Part shown: positions 1-11,880 of the stretch, one piece after another
Layout of the letters: each line of letters begins with the position of its first letter
Position numbering within the stretch: the stretch's first letter is position 1
NCBI GenBank assembly: GCA_002256025.1
Contig: NKIB01010963.1
Coordinates: 1-64,000 of the forward strand
DNA length: 64,000 nt
DNA from: Asterionella formosa
Taxonomy: Eukaryota
Direction of reading: 5' to 3'
Program-made: the position numbers and the translations under genes
Notes under the pieces: model-generated
The model's input: the letters and a program-made list of their open reading frames with translations, nothing else
Database searches by the model: none
What the model was told of the DNA's origin: nothing

Positions 1-60
<60 letters not shown>
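1..60. repeat. (TTG)n microsatellite, read as poly-Gln (CAA) on the minus strand; runs off the window edge
   Basis: 20 perfect TTG units at 1-60, continuing into degenerate CTG/CTGTTT triplets to about 95. Confidence 0.98.
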
Positions 61-61
<1 letters not shown>

Positions 62-1300
62 CGCTATCGCTGCTGTTTCTGCTGTTTCTGCTGTTATCCT
101 TTTGGATCTTATTGTTGGAAACAAGGAGCTAGCTGGTGGTGCATCGTGGTTACTGTGCCTGTATGTCTACCCTTCTCTTGCTTGTTCTTTGCCCTCCGTT
201 TGAACTGAATAGGAATTGTTTGTTAAGAAATGGAAAAAGGTCTTATGTGAGTTTAAACAGCTACTATGATCTTACTCTGTGAGTCATGTTCTTCGCTGCC
301 AGAAAAGCAACAAGGACTCAGTTGCGGGCCGGTTCAGGAAGAAACAGACAGGCAATTGTTTTGTTATTCCTCGTCAGTAGTACAGAAAGGATGCATCCGA
401 AAGTTCGAGAAATATTTGGTAAGCAGTTAATATTTTGGAAAATGGAGACAGGTTGTGTGTTACATTGTTGTTGTTGTTCCTCTTGTTGCTTTGTACCATC
501 GTGTTCTTCGACTGTGTTCGGAACTATGTTTGATTGTTGTTGTAGTTCCTCTACCTCCATTTCGTTTTCCTCTTGCTTGTTCCGTTTGTATTTGGAACAG
601 TGGTCAGTCATGAACTTACTCTGTGAACCTTGTTCTTTTCCTATGGACAATCAAACTGTTTTTGGCAGGGCAGGGTTGAACCTTGGGAAGAATGAAATGT
701 GTCGTGCTCTGTGTCAGGCAGGCTATCAATCATTTTTTTTTCGCATTGTCGAAACAATTCCTCTGGTGCAAAAGGGGACAATAATATACATGGTAAGCAA
801 GTGCAATGTTTTCTTGCCTTTTGTTGCTTGATACTATTTGCTGTTGCTTGTTGTGGGCGGATCTCCTCTCCTATTCTCCTTCGTCTTTGTTCGGAATTGT
901 TAGCGCATGAATTGCTATTTGTAATGAATTATAAAAAGGGCTTGATTGTGTGCTTGTTACTTGCTTGTTGATCACGAACTTACTCTGCAAACGCTGTTCT
1001 TTGTCTACAGACTATCAATCTGTTGAGCGAGAGATTTGTTGGGAATCAGGCTGTGGCATGGTAGCTAAGCACAACGAAAATGATGCCTTTGTAACGATTG
1101 TTTGTTCGTGAACTCACTCTGCGATTGTTGTTCACTGATCGCAGACAATCATATGATCAGGGCTGGGTTGGCCATTGAGGAACATGGTAAGGAGCACAGC
1201 AGAACCAAAATCATGGCTTCGTAATTTTTTTTCTCATCAACTCACTCTGCAAATTCTTCCCTCTTTCTACAAAAGACAATCAATCCGAGCAATGAGAATG
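61..1300 (-). pseudogene. Decayed Gln/Glu-rich multi-exon gene built from repeated micro-exon-like modules
   Basis: Five minus-strand copies of CAGA|GT(A/G)AG donor motifs; Q/E-rich ORF 318-650; in-frame stops in the poly-Q part. Confidence 0.45.
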
Positions 1301-1957
1301 AGCAGCCGGCTCATTTGCTATGAATAGATCTACCGGTAGCACTAACAGGGATTCCTGCAAGTACTATGAGTAGCCAAGCAATCTTGCGATTAGTTACAGC
1401 ATCCAGCTGCAAGAATGAACATCCATTGCTAGTCGTATTGGTTTGAAAATCACGTTTTATAGAAAGTATCAATACAAACTATATAGCAAAGCGATTAATT
1501 TGATTGATTTTGCGATTGTAGAATGAAATTGAAAAAAATAAATTGGCTACACATAATTATTTGTTTGACTTGCATATATATATTTTTAACCTTGAGGTAT
1601 TAATGAGATCAAAGTCAAGATAAAATGGGAGCAAACTAAGAGAATTAATGGTAGACAGAGTGAAGAATATTTGTGAACGGAAATGTTGCGAATTGTAGAG
1701 AAAAGTAACGTATTATAGAGATTATTACTGAACAATTTTTTCTTCGTGTCGCCAGAAAATATTGTCAGTTGGCCCCAAAAATTATGTGGGTTTCTAAAAT
1801 AATTATGGAAGTTGTCGAAACTATTTTAGTTCACTCCGTCCATATATATTGTATGATGAATCATATTTTTTTGTTATGTCATACTCTTAAATTATGTACG
1901 TAGCTAAATTCGTCATATTGGGCCACCCAAATAATTAATTTGGGTGATCATATTTGA

Positions 1958-3365
1958 CTAGCGTTTTTTTTGTGGCGGCTGTACCAGTAAATCGGGGTTG
2001 TAGATGGCACTTGCAAGTTTTTGAGAAGATGATGTAGGTTTTTGCGTCAAGATTGCATGTCTTCCCTTCTTTCTAACACTGAAATTGCTTGAAGATTTTG
2101 ATTTTGATGACAATGTGGTGGCAGTATCGTCAATATCTATACTCTCACGGAAGGCATAATTTGGTAACAGTGGTACAGCAAAATTCAATAGATGTGGAAC
2201 TTGACACAACCAAAGATGGTAGTAATATAGGAAATGACGTGACCCAACAGAGTTGACAAAATCATCATGATTGCCTGATTGTTTGTTTTTCCGATAGGCA
2301 ACTTGATAATGATGATTAATGTATCTCATTACCAATGAAAAGTCTTTGGAAGTGAGGACATCATATTTTTGGCGTAGTCAGCATCAGTTCCAACTTGGTC
2401 CCAGTATTCATCTTCGGGAAATGTTAGAATGGCGCAGTCGTCATCCTCATCATTAATATATGTGACAACAAGTCGATCGAAAATGAACTTGTGTCGAAAT
2501 CTTCTTGCATCAAGTTCAGCCAGAGTTGGTGGCTGACGTAGACGCAAAACGTCACTGCGATGCTTGTTGCACATGTAGACATCAATGAAACGGAAGTATA
2601 TGTTGCTGCAGGTCACAGCATCTGGAGGGGTTGAATTTGCCTGTGCCTTATTCTTTTTCGCCTTTTTAACAGGAGGGTTCACTTCCTCTTGTTCAAACTG
2701 AGGATCGACCAAAGACTCATGTGGTGGCTGCACTGCTGTTGCCTCTTGAACTTTTTCGTTCCTTTCATCATTATCATCTTCGCAATCTTCATCGACTTTG
2801 AATTCCTCATCATTAATTGATGAATCGTCGTGATTATCATTATCACTATCCAATTCAATGTCTGATTCATTGACATTGAAAGATCTAGGGTATATCCACT
2901 GTGACAAGCTTTCTCTCTTCAAAAGTCGAACAATCAAAGCAACAGTGAAAGTCTTCTTCGCATTTTTGTATCCAGAAACTTAATATCTGACGCAAATTAT
3001 TCGGAGAACCTTGACCGAGATCTGCTCTCTTTGATAAAAATCACCTGTGTCCTTTCACTATCAAGCACAAAGTCATCAGGAAGTATGAGGGAGTCAACAA
3101 ATCGATCGACTTCAGTATCTGTAGCAAGAGACTGCATTGTATTGTTGAAGGTGGTGGGTCGATCTTGATATACAGTGGTCTCCACATGAACAGTTGTTGT
3201 TTGCGTTTGTGTGACTGGTTCCATATGCGGTTCCATTTGCCTTGCTTGTAGTATCTTCAGGGAGATTCCAATGACTGATCTGTAGTAACAAATACACAAA
3301 AACACTTGGGAGTTATAAGAACGCCAAGTATAAGTTTCTGTCTGGTGCCGTATAATTGTATCCAT
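1958..3365 (-). pseudogene. Frameshifted unknown protein with an acidic tract, probably transposon-associated
   Basis: Three consecutive minus-strand ORFs in different frames (2997-3365, 2329-2937, 1958-2335). The motif SGNHDDFVNSVGSRHFLYYYHLWL resembles, from recall, repetitive stramenopile proteins. Confidence 0.45.
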
Positions 3366-3459
3366 GGTGTTGCTTGGACAATGTACGCAGCCAGCATAAG
3401 ATTGAAGGAATAGTATATGCCATTAATATTATCAGTGGCGCCTTGCCTTGCAGGCTTAT

Positions 3460-3700
3460 TTTCGGATATTTTATTAGTGACAACGGAAATGATACCCGCG
3501 TGAAAATGTCAGTATCACTGATACGTTTTTGGAGGGGGCAAAAAAGGCATCAATTTTGTATCAATGATACAAAATTGATACCATCAAGTTACCGTTGCTG
3601 ATACCGTGTTTTGATACCAACCGTCACTTTTTGCCCACAACCCGGAAATGATACAGCAAATTCGGAATGATAAGAACAACCCTAAATAATATTCCGTATT
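3460..3700. repeat. MITE-like or foldback sequence with a central perfect palindrome and TGATAC sub-repeats
   Basis: ATCAATTTTGTATCA-a-TGATACAAAATTGAT at 3549-3579; many TGATAC/GTATCA motifs; imperfect inverted ends. Confidence 0.5.
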
Positions 3701-4482
3701 AAATAATGGTACCAGCTACAGACCGGGACTTAGATACCGGTGCGGGTAGCAGAAAACCGGTATCTTGTAGTGCGGTAAGCTACTATAATAGTGGGCGGCG
3801 AGAGACAAAGGATGCCACTTGCAGATCTTGACAATCAGTCAGCCACCACTACAGGGACTGATTTATCGCTCGCTTTGCTGATACAATGGCAAAAACTGAA
3901 GATTGAGCTTACCTTAAAGGCCTCCATTGGGGGTCTCCATTTTGTATCATTTCACCCTCTATCACTCATGCTTTCCAAAGAACACTCCTTTTCTGAAAAG
4001 GCCTGTTCAAATGTCAAATGAATTTTGAAAACAACAGCATATCAGTATGAGTTATCCTTCGCTTGGTGATATGACAGCAAAATTAGTAAGCAAATAAATC
4101 TTACCTTAAAAGCATCGATTGCTTACAATCTCAATGTTGCATCATTCCACCACCTTCTGTTGTTGCAACAAACAAGATTTGAGTTCTTGGCTGATGAAGG
4201 ATAAGCTAGAAGGTGGATGCTGGTTTTAAAGGTCATCCCTATGTTGAAAACATATTTTGCACAGTGGTGGTCAAATGTTGTCTTTATGAATTCAGAGGGG
4301 GTCAAAAATCCGGGCGCAGCCATGACTTCCATCTTTGTACCAACAGAACCTAGAATCTACACGAAAAAACCTGGCGCCCATTCTTACTTTGTCGGGACAA
4401 ATTCTGATGCTACAAGTGTGACCTAAAACAAATATGACAAGAAGGAGAGGACACCACAGCCAATGGCTACTCTTGTTATATT

Positions 4483-4663
4483 CACAGTACGAACGCCATA
4501 TTCTATTGTAACAAGGGGAATACGGGAATGCTGGTAGGGCAAAGCAACCTACAGTTCCACAGTACGCACGTAGAAATGAGGACAGTTTCACAGTACGAAC
4601 GGCATAATTCCTATTGTAACAAGAAGGGGAAGACGGAAATACTGGTAGGGCAAACCTACAGTC
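4483..4663. repeat. Direct duplication of about 75 bp
   Basis: CACAGTACGAACG..CTATTGTAACAAG..CTGGTAGGGCAAA..CCTACAGT at 4483-4555 and 4589-4663. Confidence 0.85.
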
Positions 4664-5844
4664 TCACACTTGTAATGACGATCTGGTTCCTACCAGCCAG
4701 GAGTACCTGTTGGTACCATAAAGTATAGCTATTTGTTACTATGTCTGAGTACATGGTCAAAAGACCCAAGGTACCAGGTACCTGGTACCTGGTACTGGCT
4801 TGTAGTATGTATCATAGCCCTGTGTATGCCTTCTATAACCGGTACCTGGTACCATACCTATTCATTAGCTGAGGTCAACACACTCAGCATCACGATGACA
4901 TTCCAGACATATTCACAATACAGGGATGTTATTCATATATTTTGTATCTTTAGAATTCATACGAAATATAGTTTATGTAAAAGAAAAAGAGAATTCATAT
5001 TGGACGCTGATAATATCGATGGTAAGGATGACTGTCGATATGCTTCACGCACCCAGTTGCTGACAACCACATCGCTTCGATTTTCTCCATCAATTCATGC
5101 CCGATAGCACTCCGAAGATTTGCAGTCGATAAAACACACTGATTCGAATAGACATTTAGTTTAGCATTTCAAATTCAATATTAAATGATTCGTTGTTCCA
5201 TACCTGTTTTGAGCTCATTTACATCACGAATTATGTCGCGATATTTCTCGAGATCCATTTCGCTCCGTTTTTCTCAATCAAATAAGGGCAGATTGCAATC
5301 AAACAATTAGTAGTGAATTTATCTTTCGCAATGATTAATCCTCTAAAAAATTTATCTTGAACTATTAAAATATTTAGTTGTAACATCAAACCATCACATG
5401 AAACCACGACAATTTATCTCGTTCAGTATAAAAGTAAATATTATTTACGTGAAGTGCACAACCATAAACTGTAGCTGAATTAAGACACCACTGTAGCATG
5501 AATTAAGACACCACAAATATCCTTACTATTTCACAAAGGAAGATGCATGTCGTAAATGAATTAGCCTCAAGAGCAGGACGTCGTTGAACTTTGAAAAGAA
5601 TTATTTGAAACATCAACTAATTTATTCTCAAGTTCAAAGTTTTTTGTGAAATCTTCACATGAAACCGTTAAAACTTCACATGAAACCGTTAAGAGTAACA
5701 TTTTCTATGGGAAGAGTAGCATTAATTCATGTGAAGTACCACATAATCATGAACACTCCTACGTAGAACAAATGTCGAAAAGTGGCGTATTTCGCGGCTT
5801 AGATGTAAGTCAAAGCCAGGCAAATCAATTATTTTGTGTTCTTT

Positions 5845-6447
5845 TCATTCTTCCATGCAAATAATTGCTGCCATGCATTGCCAATATTTCAAAATGACAA
5901 TCAACCTAAAATCTTCCTTGGCGGAGACCTCTTGATCTTCGGGATGAGTTATCATGAGTTTTAGGAACTTCTTTAAGGTCTTAAGACAGGCAGAGACATT
6001 CATCAACAGCACGTTGAACGGTTTAATGATTATTATCAGAAAATTTACATTCACTGATGCTGACTCTTAAAGTAACATATCAGGAGTAAAATAATGCTCC
6101 ACCTCACCATGATTTTGTTGAGACTGTCATAGGACTGAGCATCTGGGTGTATTGCAACGCTCATCCAGTCAGATATGGCGATATCTATAAGGCATATTCT
6201 TTAGCAGTAGGAGAACAAGCAAGTAATCTGCTGGACTGAAGATATATGTGTTAGCCATATCACAGGATTTACTGAAATTAATCAACAAGCTTCCCCTGAG
6301 TGTCAATTGATCATATCTTTGTTGAAAGACTCCAAACATCAACCTGGCTTGTAAGGATACACAAAGAGGTCTGAGTCTTGATGTTTAGTATGTTGTTATC
6401 CTTCGTCAATGGGCCCACTGGAACTTGAGAGGACAGTACATCTACAT
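5845..6447 (-). pseudogene. Highly decayed Ty3/gypsy-type gag, copy A (paralog of 13866-14890)
   Basis: Interrupted translations PLTKDNNILNIKTQT, CLIDIAISDWMSVAIHPDAQSYDS and LKTLKKFLKLMITHPEDQEVSAKEDFRLIVI align with PLIEDYNVLTIKSKT, CLTDIALSDWLNVKVHPEDQSFDS and IKTLNRLLQLMPHPEDQNGLSKEDMRIIII of copy B. Confidence 0.8.
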
Positions 6448-6462
6448 GATTATTAATTCTAA

Positions 6463-6681
6463 TTGGACTCTTTTTGAATTCAAAGTGAAGTATCTAACTA
6501 GAAGTAGTAGTATTTGTTGAATTCTATGATCTTATTAGTTTATCCTTGTGTGCAACTTGTTCTCTAAATCGACACCAAAGTATACAATAAGGGTTAATCA
6601 AGTTCTCTCATTATTGAGTTCTGATAAAAATGATATAACACTAACCCTATATACATCTGTATTGATGCGCGAGATCGCTCA
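6463..6681 (-). promoter_or_regulatory. Putative core promoter and 5' leader of gag copy A, shared with 14907-15096
   Basis: Minus-strand TATATAGGGTTA followed about 28 nt later by ATCAGAACTC; near-identical block TTGGACTCTTTTTGAATT..AAAGTGAAGTATCTAACTAGAAGTAG in both copies. Confidence 0.55.
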
Positions 6682-7689
6682 CCTGGTACCTGGTACCAGG
6701 TACCCTCGCAATATGGACTTCTTTCCTGAAACCAAAATTTGAACAAAAATTACATAGTAATACGACATACAGTACTGCTACGTGATGTCCATAACTGTAA
6801 GCAATATATGTAAGGTTCGCTCACATGTGGCTGCTTCGATTATTATATTTACGGACAAGTTTTTGCAATATTCGGACTTTCCCGGAACTCCCAGTATTAA
6901 TTTCTCAACCATCTGTCGTTGAATTCTACATGCAAGCTCCAAATTCATTCAGTCTTTGTCCATTATATATCGTTGCATTTATGCATTGCATACTATATAG
7001 GTATTCACTTTTTATTCGACGGAGAATGCTACCCGTAGTGGAAGCTAGTGCACTACTAATTCGCTAGCACCGTGTACACAGCCAGTACCTGATCATGAAT
7101 GTTTGCATATCGCTCACAAGCATGACCATCTGTACCAGGTACCAGGTACTTCGTCGTGCAATTCAATATATGTACGATACCGGTTTGAACAGTGATCATA
7201 AATTTTGTGTGGGCTATCATACTATGGTACTCCTACAATACATATTAACACATCGGAAATCAAATCATATCAAATGAATAACATTAAATGGAAACAATGA
7301 GAATGTAATAATGTGCATGCTAGTTAATGTGGTAGTAATAAAGTTAACACGTCGTTGTGGATTTCCACCAGTGCATCAATCAATAAGCATTTTCTTGAAA
7401 ATGTGGGTCACTGAAAGTTCGACAATATGCCTCATTTATTCTGTTGATCATTGTATGAGCACTGTAACCACAACTACCGGTAATCTGCTCTGTAACTTAC
7501 CCAATAATAAAATCATTTATTCCTCCCCTCTCCAGCCTTGTACATAGCCAGACTGACTTTCTCTCTGCAATTCCAACTTCACAAACTCCTTGCGACTTTG
7601 TTGGAGCCTTACTGGGGGGATTACATGCAGTTGCTTGTAGGCCAGAACCATAATGAGGTCCAACTCTAATTGCAAATCGTTGCCTGCTT

Positions 7690-8314
7690 TTAATTGTTGA
7701 ATTTTCCCCTCAACATTCACACTACTTCCTGTTGTAGATGGTGCTGTCATGTCCATTGGAACCACCACAACTGGAGGAACGCCATCACCACTAAACCTTC
7801 ATGGACAAGCAAATAGTTTTTTGCATGGTACATGGTTATGAACACTTTTCCCCAACCACACCCATTCCAAATATCAGGATAGAAATGGATATGAACTACA
7901 AACTGCGAAAGCAAGGCAGTTTTCAACCTTGGCAAAGATGTTGCAAGTGTATCAGGGGTGAATCTTTGGATCTGGGAGCATAGCCTTTCCTGTTGAGTAA
8001 ATTATACCCAGCACACCAACATACCATACTAGAAGATTCCAATCGCCAATCTTGAAGTGAATTAAAAAATCATTGTTAAGTGCAGCAAAGACCAATAAAA
8101 CTGCTCCAAGTGAACCACCCACGAGCACCAAATTCTTCCAAAAGTCGTCACAATTTCAGACTGAGTAAAACAATTCAAATAGTTTTGGTGTATATGAAGG
8201 CTCAAGACGATGCTCAAGAAAGTGTGGCAGTCTGTTGAATTCACGCAACAAACACTTTGAGTTCAGGCTCTATCCTTTCGGTCCCACATTCTGTTTGGTT
8301 GACTTCCACTCCCA
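7690..8314 (-). pseudogene. ATG9: Decayed internal fragment of autophagy protein ATG9
   Basis: Manual translation across stops and frameshifts gives WEWKSTKQNVGPKG*SLNSKCLLREFNRLPHFLEHRLEPSY, GRILVLVGGSLGAVLLVFAALN, WYVGVLGIIYSTGKAMLPDP and HIHFYPDIWNG, matching the ATG9 motifs REFNELPH and HIHYMPxxW. Confidence 0.8.
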
Positions 8315-8719
8315 GCAACAGATCCGTCCTCAACTTGTCTTGAATCCCAGAATCAGCCATGTTTTGCGGCGGCTGGTCCGCGGTGTGAACGGTTTGGTAC
8401 ATAGCCTGAAATGCAACGGAAGCGACCGACCTTCGGTTGGTGACGGCATTTTGCAGTACTTGGAGGGCGATGCTTCCACGTGACGGATGTACCATGTGCT
8501 GTTGAATCCGCAGGATTGTTGCTGTGTTGTGTTCGATGGGATCAGGTGTGAGCGAGCAGGGCATACTGTGTTGCTTGCCATCTTTTGCCTTACCATTCGA
8601 AAGTCCATCATCCTCGTGTGTCAATCTCGCGTCCATGCATCCTTGTATAGAATAGCGGCGAGTATCATTAACAGTGATTATTACAGTTGAGACGGGTTAA
8701 GGGAACTTTAAGAATGAAG

Positions 8720-9040
8720 TAATTATGGACTACCGAAATTATCGGTAGATAGAACATACCCGGTATACAGGTATTCATCTCCTTTTCCTTGCTGGTAGAA
8801 TTTTCTTGAAAATATCAATGTTAACCCTAACCTAGTTATTATGATGAGGTAGAATATACTACCCAAACGAGGGAAAAAATTCTACCAAAAATTCTACAAG
8901 GTAGAATTTTGAGCTGGTACATACCTAATACTGACCACGTAAATATTTGCCAATACCTTGGAGGTATTTTCTGTCCTCAGTAGAAGACTACCGAGGCCTA
9001 CGAGAAAATACTACCTTGGTAGAATTTCGGGACTATTATG
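8720..9040. repeat. Cluster of GGTAGAATTT / AAATTCTAC motifs resembling a transposon subterminal region
   Basis: Motif recurs in both orientations near 8794, 8848, 8877-8910 and 9018. Confidence 0.45.
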
Positions 9041-9665
9041 TATATATATATTGTGATGAAAGGGATTTTGTGTATATAAGGAAACAATATTGTTACTTAA
9101 ACAAAAGAAGCAAAATATGAACAAGCGGTGAAAATGTCATGACGACAGCATACATATGCCGCCGCCGGACACAGAGAAATACAGTTACCAATTTTTTTCC
9201 TACTAATGTGTGCTCTATAAATTTATTGCATTCCTTGTTGGGTCTGCATACTGCTGGTAGCAGTTAGCTCTGTCTGTCGAAATAGATTTATTCAAATGCT
9301 ATCTAGCACAAACATACATATTGGACATATGTATCTTCCAACATACCGGTAACCGGTACTACTGCTGATGTTCACCATTGAATGGCTTTACCAGAGGTAT
9401 GCTGCAATATTCCTCTGCTAATAACACATATCATTTAATTGTGAATAATTATTTATATTCATTATAAACTTGTATAGAATAGAAGATGGATCTTGTGTGA
9501 AAACGTTTCATGACAGATAAGGACATTTTGAGAAATTACAAGCTATTATACTACTTTTTATCCAGTATACATCGGTATCAGTACAACAGGTAGGAAAAAT
9601 ACCGTTACCAGTACCAGGTACCGGGTGCTTGGAGTATGTAATAATCGTTAGGAGAAGGTGGACGT

Positions 9666-10337
9666 TTAGTCCAATGTATACTGGTACCGGTAGATCAGAT
9701 GTTTCTCGTCATTAAAAGTCAAGTTACTAAGTGCTGCACAACCATGCTGTTGCACTACAGCATTGTCTAAATGAGACTTCATCGCAGACAGAATCGTAGA
9801 GATACCTCCTGCTTCAGCAATCGTCGTGTTGTTGTTTTCATTCAAAGCCAAGCGCCGAAGAGCTGCACAACCGAAGTGTTGCACATTAGCATTTGACAAA
9901 TGAGTGGTCATAGCAGACAAAATCGCATTGATCCCTCCTGCTGTAGCAATCTTCACATGGATGTTCTCATGCAAAGCCAAGTTCGCAAGCTCCTTGAGAC
10001 CTTTTATTTGAATTTCAGCATTCCGCTCATTCTTTTGCATTTCAGAAAGAATTTTAGCAATCGGAGACCAAATTGAATTGGTTTGAATTTGGGTTGAAGG
10101 CTGAGATTTTGTTGCTGGCGAAGGAGGCTGCTGAGGCATTGGAGTCGTTGGAGCAGTAGGCCCTTGGGTATTCCTACATTCATGATCGCATCTGGGGCAG
10201 CTCTTTCGCCCTATCTTCCAAACTCCAAACCTTTTCTTTTTGCGAAGCTGAGTGTCTAAATGACGAGGACAGAGTCTATTCTTATGGTAATGCTGATGGT
10301 TTCCGTACAAGGTACCCTTGATGAGAGTATTATTCAT
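9666..10337 (-). CDS. Armadillo-repeat protein with an N-terminal Cys/His module; probably 3' truncated
   Basis: Repeats IATAGGINAILSAMTTHLSNANVQHFGCAALRRLA and IAEAGGISTILSAMKSHLDNAVVQQHGCAALSNLT; N-terminal CPRH..QLRKK..W..CPRC; first ATG at 10337 because the ORF-track start is TTG. Confidence 0.75.
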   Translation of the reverse strand: MNNTLIKGTLYGNHQHYHKNRLCPRHLDTQLRKKKRFGVWKIGRKSCPRCDHECRNTQGPTAPTTPMPQQPPSPATKSQPSTQIQTNSIWSPIAKILSEMQKNERNAEIQIKGLKELANLALHENIHVKIATAGGINAILSAMTTHLSNANVQHFGCAALRRLALNENNNTTIAEAGGISTILSAMKSHLDNAVVQQHGCAALSNLTFNDEKHLIYRYQYTLD

Positions 10338-11570
10338 CGTTTGCTTTATTCTCGTTGATTTGGTTGCTTTTTGAGCCAATTTCGTTGTGGTCCTGCTTTT
10401 AATTTTTTGAGTCCTTCCATTACCCGGGAGTTTCGGGAAAGTCCGAATTTTGCCGAGAATATTTGTCCGAACATGCAGACCTGGTACCGTATATAATCAA
10501 ACAATCCAAGCTCTAGGCAGTATCTACTATAGGAGAATACCCACAGTTAATTTTTTATGATATCTAGTGTAGTACAGCATGCCTTGTATCCTTAATAATT
10601 AGATAGATACGTGGTTTGCACGGTTTCAACATGAATAAATGGATAAAGGGTACGGTACCAGGTACGACTTTTCTGAGGTCTTTTGCGAACTTCACGTTCA
10701 GTCGCGGTCTTTTTTTGGGAAAACGTGATGGGAGGGCGATTTTAGTTAAAACGCTCACAGTTTTGAACATGACATTACCGTGGTGCACGCTCGCATAAAA
10801 GATCACTATCTCTGTTGAATCAAATGGCGCCCACTCTAGCGATCTCCAATATTGCCCTGGAATGACCGGTCAAGATCCATCTCGCGTCGCGCTTGTCTGC
10901 CTATTATTCTGCTATATAAATCCTGTCTACCCGGTAGTCTACTGGGAATTCTGATCAATGCTACCGGTACCGGTAAATATCATAGTTCGCCCTGGTACTA
11001 CGAACGAATCCGAAAATAAATCAACTCTCAGCGCAACCTTTTTTGGCCATACATGTTGTCGTGGTTTTATACTGCACTGGTAGTTTACTATAGCACCTTT
11101 GACAAAGCTCGCAATATGTACGTGTATCGACTGGATACTTGGTACTAGTCTAGTGGTACCCGGTACACATAGAGTCGTAACTATTTGGTGCAGTGGTACC
11201 AGTACCATAGTTAAGTAGACTACCGGTAGCACTTTCGACAAAACTCGAGATGTATGATACTACCGGTACTTGTATAGGCTGGCTATCATATCTAGCCATA
11301 GCTATGTAGTGCTCTGGTAACTAGCACCTTCGACAAATCTCGTTGTATATACTGCCTTGTATAGAGTGGGTAATACCATCACCTCTAATAGTTTTGTCAT
11401 GGAATGAAATCCCTTGTTGTCGTACCTCCCCAGTTTTCTTGTAATATGCATATTACATGCAAACCATTCTACTACTAGTAGATTAAATAGTTAATAACAA
11501 TTGAGGTACTAGTAAACAAGCAATGTCAATACTAAAGAGATTGCAAATTTTAATATTTAAATAAAATTAT

Positions 11571-11880
11571 CTAAAAACACAGTAATGAATGCCCGCCAGT
11601 GCAACAATCTTGTATCAGATGCATGAGTTTGTATGTCACTATTTTGTCTTGGCTATATGGCTCATAAATTCGGTCTATTGCTGTGTTTGTAGGAGTACAG
11701 CCAGCACGAAATAGCATTGCCACTGTCTCCCACAGAATTTTGCACCAGCAGTAAATGAATTTCACTCTACTCACTCTACTCCTTTCAACCCTTGTAAATA
11801 GCCTTTCTGGCTTTTGCCCTCCAATCCCAACCTCCCATTCCTGTGAAAGAACAACTAACGTCTATTTGGTGTCTTACTAC
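11571..11880 (-). mobile_element. Relic resembling the conserved C-terminus of stramenopile Crypton-type (tyrosine recombinase) transposon proteins
   Basis: SKTP/TLVVLSQEWEVGIGGQKPERLFTRVER..VKFIYCWCKILWETVAMLFRAGCTPTNTAIDRIYEPY; family match from recall only; no recombinase domain readable. Confidence 0.5.

Noticed and set aside
3791..4450. Coding-like fragments on both strands
   Set aside because: No recognisable motif and no supportable strand or product
8821..8835. TTAACCCTAACCT telomere-like sequence
   Set aside because: Fewer than two full units, so expected by chance
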